From the IMG/VR virus record IMGVR_UViG_3300042923_000281, positions 62,001-126,000 of that record: DNA of 64,000 bases, one strand, 5' to 3'. The first letter of the stretch is position 1, and each line of letters opens with the position of its first letter. Positions 1-8,000 of this stretch are shown here, in pieces. The notes under the pieces are model-generated. The model saw only the letters and a list, made by a program, of their open reading frames with translations. It was not told where the DNA came from and ran no database searches. Position numbers and translations under genes: made by a program.

Positions 1-27
1 TCTCGGTTAGAAAGCCTTCAGACTGAT

Positions 28-147
28 TCAACTCGGGGTGTTAGGTGCTTGGGTTTCGAAGCACTTCTTGGCGATCGCATGGAGTGCCAGGTTGGCGGCT
101 ACACGAACGGTGACGATAACAGCAACAGCAACGATGAAATTACGCAT
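28..147 (-). CDS. 39-aa hydrophobic micropeptide (MRNFIVAVAVIVTVRVAANL...)
   Basis: Translated by hand (below the ORF-track cutoff). AGGAG RBS in AGGAGTTTCACC-ATG; resembles the 206..313 peptide. Confidence 0.6.
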   Translation of the reverse strand: MRNFIVAVAVIVTVRVAANLALHAIAKKCFETQAPNTPS

Positions 148-205
148 GGTGAAACTCCTGGTTTCGAATGGGGGGTAAAGCTAGGGGTGTTGCCACCCCC
201 AGTTG

Positions 206-313
206 TTACGAGTTGCGGGTCATCAGTCGTTGCCGAAACTTCGACGTCGAGTAGATATCCATGGCGACACGGATAACGATGACTGTTGCAACGGTGGTCA
301 GGATACGAGCCAT
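206..313 (-). CDS. 35-aa hydrophobic micropeptide (MARILTTVATVIVIRVAM...)
   Basis: Internal ATG of track ORF 206..436 with AAGGAGG RBS, just downstream of the stop of 324..881. Confidence 0.6.
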   Translation of the reverse strand: MARILTTVATVIVIRVAMDIYSTSKFRQRLMTRNS

Positions 314-323
314 GATGGCCTCC

Positions 324-881
324 TTACTTTTGCATTGCGCTGATGAAGTCTTTGAACTGCTCAACAGTGAGGCTGCCGTTTGGCAGTTGGTCACGGTATT
401 GAGTAGCCGAGTTGTGCACCACCACGAATGGGCCATGGCCCAGAGTGAAGCGTTCGAAGAACACAGCAGTTCCGAACTCAGTGCCGATCAGGATCAAACG
501 ACGGCCACAGTCGCCAGTCGCTTTAGCCATGTTGCCATTGGCCAGGCCGACAGTCTGAGCACCGTTGAAGTAACCGGTGCCATTCTTCCAGCGAGGATCG
601 AAGTCCAGCAGGGTGTCGATGTTGGCGTAGACGTGATCGAAGGTAGCTTCGAGTGGGCTACGGTCACCAGGGCCACGACCGGACTTGGCTTTCAGGTTGT
701 TGATCAGTTCGTTGTTCGCATTGATGCGAGACAATTCAACAGCCGTTTTGGCAGTCGCTACGAGTTCAGGAGTGACGGCCTTCTTGGCGACCATCTTCGA
801 GATCGTGCGTTTTGCCAACCAGCCCAGACCTGCAACAGCAGCGGTACCGGCAACAGCAACAGCGATTTGTTTAGCTTCCAT
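324..881 (-). CDS. Hypothetical protein with N-terminal membrane anchor, probably early
   Basis: 185 aa, AGGAG RBS, hydrophobic N-terminus followed by KR; lies downstream of the promoter motif at 942-968. Confidence 0.8.
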   Translation of the reverse strand: MEAKQIAVAVAGTAAVAGLGWLAKRTISKMVAKKAVTPELVATAKTAVELSRINANNELINNLKAKSGRGPGDRSPLEATFDHVYANIDTLLDFDPRWKNGTGYFNGAQTVGLANGNMAKATGDCGRRLILIGTEFGTAVFFERFTLGHGPFVVVHNSATQYRDQLPNGSLTVEQFKDFISAMQK

Positions 882-941
882 GGTGTTTCTCCTACAAGGT
901 TAGTATTGGCAAGTAGATTATTCTCCTTGCTCACTGTAACT

Positions 942-968
942 ATGTATTGTCCAAATAAATTCGAATCG
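942..968 (-). promoter_or_regulatory. Bipartite phage promoter motif, copy 1 (CGATTCGAA-N10-CAATACAT)
   Basis: Same two boxes and spacing recur at six intergenic sites, all oriented toward minus-strand genes. Confidence 0.7.
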
Positions 969-975
969 CATTTAA

Positions 976-1019
976 ACAAAGAAAAAAGAAGCCTAGGGAA
1001 TTACCCCTAGGCCTTTATG
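976..1019. terminator. Hairpin terminator GCCTAGGG/CCCTAGGC with T-rich tails on both strands
   Basis: Inverted repeat 991-998/1005-1012; minus tail TTCTTTTTTCTTTG. Confidence 0.7.
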
Positions 1020-1739
1020 TCACATCATGAACGATGGGAACGTTTGTACAATGTGTTTCTCGCCCTTGTGCAGATCGAACGTTGAACCCCCTGCACCGTG
1101 TGCACGGATGCGCAGATGACGATCACCCACCAGCCCTGTCATGGCTTTGCAGAAGCCAGGCACGTCAGCCAGTGCCAGACCCAACGGATACATGGCCACC
1201 AGAGCCACCTGCCCATCTTCGCAGAGCAACTTCACAGTGCCGAGACCGTGCTTGATCATGAGTGGGATTACCTGCTCATGAAGTTCAGCCAAGTCTTTGT
1301 GCTCTGGGGTGTCTTCGTAGTCCGTGGACGCTCCCCATGTGGCGGCGTTGCCGGGCTGGGTGAAGACATTGATGTCGCGGTCCTGAATACCCAGCTCTTC
1401 ACAAAGTTGTTTGATGGTGAGCTGTTTATCACCGTACCACGTCTTCATCAACGGAGCATCTTGCGGGAAGTCTTCGAGGTACTTCCCATCTTTGTCATTG
1501 ACCAGCAGCCGTGACAGAGACAGCGTACCCAATGGGTCAAGTTTGCTGTATTCGATATACGGAGTCCCCGGTGACAAGTAGCCGATGAAGCGGACGCAGT
1601 GCTCTTGCCATTCGAACTGGATGTGCACTGTGTACAGGACTTGATCGTAGTTGATGTCAGGAAACGACGGAGGTTGTTTCTTGAATGGCGGTTGAGCTGC
1701 CATGTCGACACGGGTAGTGATTGCTTTGGGTTTCGGCAT
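1020..1739 (-). CDS. Hypothetical protein, paralog of 1766..2446
   Basis: 239 aa, GGAGG RBS; shares GYLSPG and a similar C-terminus with its neighbour. Confidence 0.8.
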   Translation of the reverse strand: MPKPKAITTRVDMAAQPPFKKQPPSFPDINYDQVLYTVHIQFEWQEHCVRFIGYLSPGTPYIEYSKLDPLGTLSLSRLLVNDKDGKYLEDFPQDAPLMKTWYGDKQLTIKQLCEELGIQDRDINVFTQPGNAATWGASTDYEDTPEHKDLAELHEQVIPLMIKHGLGTVKLLCEDGQVALVAMYPLGLALADVPGFCKAMTGLVGDRHLRIRAHGAGGSTFDLHKGEKHIVQTFPSFMM

Positions 1740-1765
1740 GATGTCCTCCTGGTGATTGTGCGGTG

Positions 1766-2446
1766 TTACAGTAAGAATGTCGGCCAGCGGTAAGTGCCGC
1801 TACGACCGTTGTTGACGTAGACCAATGTCTCACCACCCACGCTGGTCTGGATGTTCAGTCGGACGTCGGGCAGGACTTCTAGCTTATCGAGCATGGCAGC
1901 GATGCCCATGTATGACATCGTCCCTACTGTGCCGACGGAGATAGCATCCCATGAACCGCCCTGCATACGGAACTCACCACTCAAGAGGTTGTTCACGATG
2001 AGATCGCCAATCAAGTCACGGGTCACCTTCAACGCAAAGACCGCTACAGGATCGTTTGGTTTGAAGTCATCGTCCTTGTAGTTGCCCAGACGGTTGTTGA
2101 AGTAGAACGGTCTATCGTCGTTCCCTACACGCTCTACCAGCTGGCCCAGTGTTTCAAGATACAGCGGGGCATTGTTATTCGGTGTGGTCAGGGCAACGGT
2201 CTTACCTTTACGAATCCATTTGCGAGTGATGCACACGTTGGCTGGATACGCCGCCTCCATGTTCTCGAGGTCAAGCTTCTGACCGGGAGACAGGTAACCT
2301 GACACGTACACCTGATCACCGTTGTCACCTGGGTAGGTGGCGTACACCGCGAACATCTCGGTGTCAACGCTAGCCGGGATCTGCCATTCGGGTTGTTTGG
2401 CAGTGTACGGAGTCAGTTGCTTAATTGACAAATTTGAGTGGCGCAT
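1766..2446 (-). CDS. Hypothetical protein, paralog of 1020..1739
   Basis: Start chosen at MRHSNL (AGGAG RBS); GYLSPG motif. Confidence 0.8.
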   Translation of the reverse strand: MRHSNLSIKQLTPYTAKQPEWQIPASVDTEMFAVYATYPGDNGDQVYVSGYLSPGQKLDLENMEAAYPANVCITRKWIRKGKTVALTTPNNNAPLYLETLGQLVERVGNDDRPFYFNNRLGNYKDDDFKPNDPVAVFALKVTRDLIGDLIVNNLLSGEFRMQGGSWDAISVGTVGTMSYMGIAAMLDKLEVLPDVRLNIQTSVGGETLVYVNNGRSGTYRWPTFLL

Positions 2447-3119
2447 GTTGCTCTCCTGAATGGTGAAGTACATGGGTCAGGTAGATCGACCCAATGGCGT
2501 GGTTGTAACTGTCAGTCCAACGATCGACAGTCGTACGGTTAGAGGACTTGACTGGACACACTTCAATGATCACGTCACCGTTGTGTGTCAGGTCAATGGT
2601 TTTGAACTCGCTGTTGATCACGGTGAGTCCGATGTGGTTGGCCTCAAGGAAGCCATAGACGTCCCGTGGAGAGACGCCACGATGATCGACCACCGTTGAC
2701 CCCAGTACCGCTTCCATCAAGCCATAGGCATCGCTGAGAGCGTTGTGTGGGACTCTGGAGATGTGCTTGACGCCAACGAGGGGGCGAACAAACAACATGT
2801 CGATCAGGCACGGTGCTTTGGCATCTTCGAACAGCTTAGCGAAGTGATTGGCATCCGAGTTGTTATCAATGACCAAGGTCACTCGGTCAAACTGACAGAG
2901 GAACTTCTTCAATGACTCAATGACAGCCTCACGAGGGAGCTGAGGCTTACCCAATAGCGGGATCACGTGTTTACGAGGCCAGTACTCCAGCTCAGTGCCT
3001 TCTGGAAGTTCTACAGCTTCATACCACCGATGTCCTTGGTTACTGACCATTGCAGCAGACAGAAGCTTACCGCCTCCGCTGTTGGATTCAGTGTCGGTGT
3101 ACAGATACGCGTGCTTCAT
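2421..3119 (-). CDS. DEDDh 3'-5' exoribonuclease-like protein (Rv2179c-like)
   Basis: YTDTES (ExoI), LLSAAMV, WYE...W...V.PLL, and HNALSDA (ExoIII, DEDDh). Confidence 0.7.
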   Translation of the reverse strand: MKHAYLYTDTESNSGGGKLLSAAMVSNQGHRWYEAVELPEGTELEYWPRKHVIPLLGKPQLPREAVIESLKKFLCQFDRVTLVIDNNSDANHFAKLFEDAKAPCLIDMLFVRPLVGVKHISRVPHNALSDAYGLMEAVLGSTVVDHRGVSPRDVYGFLEANHIGLTVINSEFKTIDLTHNGDVIIEVCPVKSSNRTTVDRWTDSYNHAIGSIYLTHVLHHSGEQHAPLKFVN

Positions 3120-3137
3120 TGCTACTCCTGGTTAAAT

Positions 3138-3188
3138 GACATAAACACCCCTACACCCCATCACCCTCGTTTAGGGGATGGGGTGTAG
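3138..3188 (-). terminator. Hairpin terminator
   Basis: 12-bp stem 3151-3162/3177-3188, then GGGTGTTTATGTC on the minus strand. Confidence 0.7.
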
Positions 3189-3265
3189 ACCGGCAACATG
3201 GCCGGTGACGAAAGGGTGTCGTCGATTGAGACAGCGGTATCGCTCTCTAGTGGGGCAAAGCTTTG

Positions 3266-3460
3266 TTACAGGGTGGGACGTACCGGTACATCAAGGCTTG
3301 GACGGACGGGCATTGGAAAGACCACGGAGTCCCGCAGGTAGCGCCTTACAAGGGAGAGCGCTGCTGGGTTCTTGACTTCTAAGTCTTTCAAATGATCGTC
3401 GTAAGCCGAGTCAATAATTCGATCACTACTACGACGTTGAGGTGCTACGGATTGTCCCAT
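3266..3460 (-). CDS. Possible 64-aa hypothetical protein inside a structured intergenic region
   Basis: Track ORF with weak RBS (GGGAAAA); region could instead be ncRNA. Confidence 0.4.
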   Translation of the reverse strand: MGQSVAPQRRSSDRIIDSAYDDHLKDLEVKNPAALSLVRRYLRDSVVFPMPVRPSLDVPVRPTL

Positions 3461-3504
3461 GATGGTTTTCCCATAGTGTCTATAGAGTAACGATTTCTGT
3501 GCGG

Positions 3505-3562
3505 CGGCATAGCAGATAGTCAGGGGCGGTGGCTATTGCCGATCCGCGCGCCTGAGACTATC
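3505..3562 (-). terminator. Hairpin with TGCTATGCCG tail (terminator or attenuator)
   Basis: GATAGTCAGG 3515-3524 pairs with CCTGAGACTATC 3551-3562; tail matches other terminators. Confidence 0.55.
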
Positions 3563-3583
3563 TCCGGAGACTGGTACCTTCTC

Positions 3584-3615
3584 CTACATCATGTCCTAGG
3601 TTTGTATTTTTTTAC
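3584..3615 (-). promoter_or_regulatory. Middle/late-type promoter candidate (GTAAAAAAATAC-N13-GATGTAG)
   Basis: Matches 52470-52503; resembles phiKZ middle (AAanntTAC) and late (TATG) consensus as recalled. Confidence 0.45.
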
Positions 3616-3682
3616 CATTCAGCTATTTTCAACAAGTCTAACGCCGTAAACAAACATCGCAACGATCGTTGACACTAGAGTG

Positions 3683-3709
3683 ATGTATTGCCACAGTAAG
3701 TTTGAATCG
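3683..3709 (-). promoter_or_regulatory. Bipartite phage promoter motif, copy 2 (CGATTCAAA-N10-CAATACAT)
   Basis: Same boxes and spacing as 942-968. Confidence 0.7.
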
Positions 3710-3720
3710 AATTGAGAAAC

Positions 3721-3751
3721 AGCATAAAAACGGGAGCCCTAAGGCTCACCG
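3721..3751 (-). terminator. Hairpin terminator with TTTTTATGCT tail
   Basis: GAGCC/GGCTC stem at the end of 3739..4029. Confidence 0.6.
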
Positions 3752-4029
3752 TCTACGATGGGTTCTGCACCACAGATACGACGTAATGCTGCACGACGTT
3801 CAGGCATGTCCTTGAAGATCTCTACCCGTTGACGACGAGAGACAAGACCGACCTTCTTGATCTCCAACCGCTCACGCAGGAGGTGGGAGTCTGCGCAGTA
3901 TTCCAGATGAGGTGTGTGCAACGTGCGACGCTTCTCCTCAGCCGCTTGACGCATGGCCAACAAGATCTTGTCGATGTAGACGATCTCGGCATCAATGTGT
4001 GCCAACTCGTCTTTCACTGAACGACTCAT
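3739..4029 (-). CDS. Hypothetical coiled-coil protein
   Basis: Start MSRSVKDEL with GGAGG RBS, overlapping the upstream stop. Confidence 0.7.
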   Translation of the reverse strand: MSRSVKDELAHIDAEIVYIDKILLAMRQAAEEKRRTLHTPHLEYCADSHLLRERLEIKKVGLVSRRQRVEIFKDMPERRAALRRICGAEPIVDGEP

Positions 4030-4259
4030 CACCATCCCTCCATGTGCTTTAAGGTTTGAAGCAAGGCAAACACGATTGCCCCACAGAAGACCAGGTTGAT
4101 GACACTGGAGACACCCAGCAGTTTGTAGTAACCCCGACGCCACGGTGTACGCTCTTCACTGATCCGCAGCAGGATGAACCGCATGGCAAACAGCATCAGG
4201 ATCATGTACAGCACCACGGCCACCGCAGTGCCCATGAACCACACTCCAGACATGGTCAT
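4029..4259 (-). CDS. Small membrane protein (2 TM)
   Basis: 76 aa, two hydrophobic segments, GGAG RBS, coupled to neighbours. Confidence 0.7.
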   Translation of the reverse strand: MTMSGVWFMGTAVAVVLYMILMLFAMRFILLRISEERTPWRRGYYKLLGVSSVINLVFCGAIVFALLQTLKHMEGW

Positions 4260-4480
4260 CGCGTGCTCCCCAGTTGATAGAGGTCGTAGGCGTACCGATC
4301 AGCCAACACTAGAAAGGTGATCAGGACAAAGATGCCCAGCACGATACGACAACCCTGTAGAGCCCCTACTTCATTCCACAGGTACGTGCTCTTGGCCAGC
4401 TTACCTTCCAACCGTCTGAGGTGGAAGTACAGCATCAAGGACATCACCAAGATAAACAACACCAGCCATGAATTCATCAT
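4256..4480 (-). CDS. Small membrane protein (2 TM)
   Basis: Two hydrophobic segments; start/stop overlaps with neighbours. Confidence 0.7.
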   Translation of the reverse strand: MMNSWLVLFILVMSLMLYFHLRRLEGKLAKSTYLWNEVGALQGCRIVLGIFVLITFLVLADRYAYDLYQLGSTR

Positions 4481-4689
4481 CACCACCCCACGTTAACAAG
4501 TCGTACGTGCCGCATGAACAGCCACGGGACAATAAACATCAACACCATGAACTGAGTAAACCCAGACCACCAGATGATCCGCATGTGATCCCGGTAGCTG
4601 GTGTATTGAATCTTGCTGTGCAGGTCTACGGTCACGACCATACTGAAGGTCACCAGTATCCCCATGATGACCAAGATAATGGACTTCAT
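4480..4689 (-). CDS. Small membrane protein (2 TM)
   Basis: Start MKSIILV; ATGA overlap with upstream gene. Confidence 0.7.
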   Translation of the reverse strand: MKSIILVIMGILVTFSMVVTVDLHSKIQYTSYRDHMRIIWWSGFTQFMVLMFIVPWLFMRHVRLVNVGW

Positions 4690-4898
4690 TGCGCTCCCCC
4701 ATGTAACAGTGCTACACCGATCTTTACCACCATCATGATGCACAGTCCCATTTGGAGAATAGACGCACAACTAGCAGCACCCTTGATGGCTTCAATGTTC
4801 TTCTGCTTGACGTACCCATCTACCCACGAACTACATCCCAGACTGATGACCAGTGCGATGAGTAATAGAAAGTCAGCTACGATCTTGATGTCAATCAT
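4686..4898 (-). CDS. Small membrane protein (2 TM)
   Basis: Start MIDIKIV with G-rich RBS; hydrophobic segments. Confidence 0.65.
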   Translation of the reverse strand: MIDIKIVADFLLLIALVISLGCSSWVDGYVKQKNIEAIKGAASCASILQMGLCIMMVVKIGVALLHGGAQ

Positions 4899-5045
4899 CC
4901 CTGTCCCCAGTTCACTATAAAGCATAAGAGAGGTCGTCGCTCCGCTCCTCCGCTTGCGCATTGTCTTCGTTACACTTCGACAATGCTTTTTATAGCATTT
5001 CGAAATTACTCAGAGGATGAGACGACAACGGAATAAATTACAAAC

Positions 5046-5075
5046 AGCATAACGAGGGACCCGAAGGCCCCTCGC
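5046..5075 (-). terminator. Hairpin terminator after the portal gene
   Basis: CGAGGG/CCCTCG stem with TTCG loop on minus strand; TTATGCTG tail. Confidence 0.7.
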
Positions 5076-5083
5076 TAATACCG

Positions 5084-8000
5084 TTACACCTTCGGTGGTG
5101 GATTGTCAGGCAGGTTGTCCAAGATAGAGCCCTTGTTAGGGAGCTTCAACGCTTTGACAGCCGCATCAGCCTTTCTCTGGTTCTTGTCCTTCTCCCTGTC
5201 CTTCTCTTTCTCCTCCTCAGACTTCTCCTCTTCCTCTTCAACAACAGGAGGCTCAGGATCAGCATCAGGCTCGACTGGATCAGTAGGCTCTTCTACCACA
5301 GGGGCATCAGGGTCCACAGGTTCATCTTCCACCACAGGAGGTTCATCGCCTACTGGAGCTTCAGGGTCTTCCGGATCTACAGGCTCAACCGGTTCTGCGT
5401 CAGGATCAACGGGATCGGTTGGTTCTTCGATCGGATCAGTCGGAGCACCTTCCTCTTCGATAGGTGCCTCAGGATCAACCGGCTCTACTGGGTCCGCATC
5501 AAGATCGATAGGGTCAGTAGGTTCTTCTTCCAGCGGTGCATCTGGCGCCTCTGGATCTACCGGGTCGACAGGGTCGGTCGGTTCTTCCACAGGCTCGACT
5601 GGAGCAGCAGGTTCATCAGGAGCCAGCTCAGGGTTCTCTGCATCCACCTCAGCAGCCGCTACATCAGCATCTGCCAAGTCACCCACTTCCAGACCATTGT
5701 TACCCAACTCCGTGTCAGGTACCGGATCGACGTCGTTGTCTTGAGGAATCAAATCGCTATCCGCGTTCTCATCCACGACAGGGTCAGCCGGCTCTTCAGT
5801 TACAGGTGCATCCGCATCAGGAATCGGTGCGTCTACATCAGGGGCTGGAGCGTCCGGATCTACTGGCGCCTCAGGGTCGACTGGCTCATCGCCCGCTGGG
5901 AGTTCCAGATCAGGATCAGCCGGTGCTTCTGGATCAACCGGATCAGTAGGCGCTACGTCCAAGTCAGGATCAACTGGGTCCGTAGGTTCCGCATCAGGGT
6001 CTGCCAATGCATCTAGCTCGCCTTCTGGAGCAGGTTCACCGTCTGCCGGAGCATCGAGTGCTGCCATTGGGTCTGCATCAGCCGGTGCAGCATCAGCACC
6101 TTCAGCAGGCGCTTCAGCAATGGCCGAGTCATCGCCCAGTTCAGCCGCAGGGTCAGCATTTGGATCAGCATCAAGGTCCGCTGCCGCAGGATCTGCGTCT
6201 GGGTCCAAGCTTGGGTCTGCTGGGTCCGCTGCTGGATCAGCGTTAGGGTCGGCATCGAAGTCCAACTCATCACCACCACTCAAGGATGGATCAGCATCGG
6301 GATCGGCCAATGGATCAGCGTTCGGATCAGTGGCGTCCATACCACCGTCTAAGCCATCACCGCCCTCAGGACCTGCGGTTGCAGCGTTCTTCGCGTCTTC
6401 CAGTTCCGTCTTGCCAGCCGTGAGTTTCTCCAACACCTTCGCACGACGTTTAGCGGCCTTGACCACTTTCTTGACGTACTCGGAGATGGAGTTGTTCAGG
6501 CCATCAAGATGCTCTGCACTGGCCTCGAGCAGATCGAAGACTGGAGAGCCCTCTTCTTCCGAGACAGTGTTGAACACATCGAGTTCTGGCATGACGTTGT
6601 TGTGACGCAGCCAGCGACGTTGGAACTCGGCCTTGACAACAGCCTTGACGTTTGGAATCAGCTCTTCCATGCCGATAGACGAATCTGCTGCGAACATCTC
6701 TTCGTTCATGTAGGCGTCGATGACCTTGTCCAGCGCTTCGCTGTACGAGTCGAACGATTCCATGGACTTCTTGATGTCGCCCACTTCTGGTGCAGGCAGG
6801 CCCACGCAGAGTGCTTCGATGAACTCGTACAGGAATGCATCGACTTGCAGCATGTCGTCCTGTAGGTTCGGATCGCCCTTGATGTGGTCTGGCAGGTATT
6901 GCTTGTTGTCGCTGATCAGCTGACGCATCTCGGTCAGGAAGATCCCCGAGTTCAATACGTAACGGCGCACGAAGTCCGTCAGGAATGGCTCGAACTTCTC
7001 CTGGCTCTGAATCACACGCTTGAGGAGCATCAGGTTGTTCTGTACGACCGTGGTCGCAAAGTCCGACTGGTTGATACCCTCCATGACCTCCGGCGAGAGA
7101 CCGAACATCTGGATGTGACGACGGCGCATGGTTTCTTCAAACTCAGCATCGACTGGCTTGTTCTGCCCTTCACGCTGGTTGACGTTGAAGGTGGTTTCAG
7201 GGTACCGGCTGTTACCGGAGACCACCACGTTCACACCATGGTTCTGAATCTGATCCGCCAAACCCAATGGGTGAGTCGAACCAATGATCTTGCTGAAGCC
7301 TTGACTGTTGACCTTCGCGTGTTCGGAGAGCATGAACTCCACCGTCGACACTGGATCTTCGTCTTCAGGGTCCAGACCGATCTCAACCGTCTTACCGCCG
7401 ACTGCGTTGTTCAGGGTGGCCAAGGTGTTAGCCAACATGATCGAAGCACGGATCGACCCGAGGATCTTGCCGTCTTCCAGCACGGACTTACCTACGCCGA
7501 ATTCGTTGTAGTCAAAGGCGATGTACGTCATCATCTCTGGCGGAACGAACAACATGACGGTCTTCTGACCTTTCATGTGGCGAGAGAACATAATGCGGTT
7601 GATGTTCTCAGTCTTGCCCAGCTCGTAGTTACCCGAGAGAGCACCGCTGCGCAGACGTGCCAACAGATCACGTTCTACGGTGTCGGAGTAGACCTTGCCC
7701 AACTCATCCACGATCTCATTCTGAAGACCGCCCGAACCCTCGAACCCACGACGCGCTTGCTGAATGATCTGCGAGGCGTAGCTGTCGACATTGTTCATCT
7801 GCGAACGGATGTCATCGTAGTACGACGATTGATCCGCAACGTTGATCGGGTTGCCGTCGATGTCGAGCATCACGTAGTAACCCACGTGCTCCGACGGGTT
7901 GCCTGGTACGTGAATCGGGATCACCGACTCAGAAGGCAAGTGCATGACCAGCGGGTGACCGTAGGTCTCAGTGCCGGTCTGTGCATGGGTCAGCAATGGC

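Noticed and set aside
5150-6400. Repetitive DNA as a possible CRISPR or tandem array
   Set aside because: Repeats are degenerate, in-frame and lack constant repeat/spacer periodicity. No cas genes were seen.
5103-6605. Ser/Gly/Thr-rich plus-strand ORFs (also 40613..41011)
   Set aside because: Reverse-strand reading of the DP/EP repeats.
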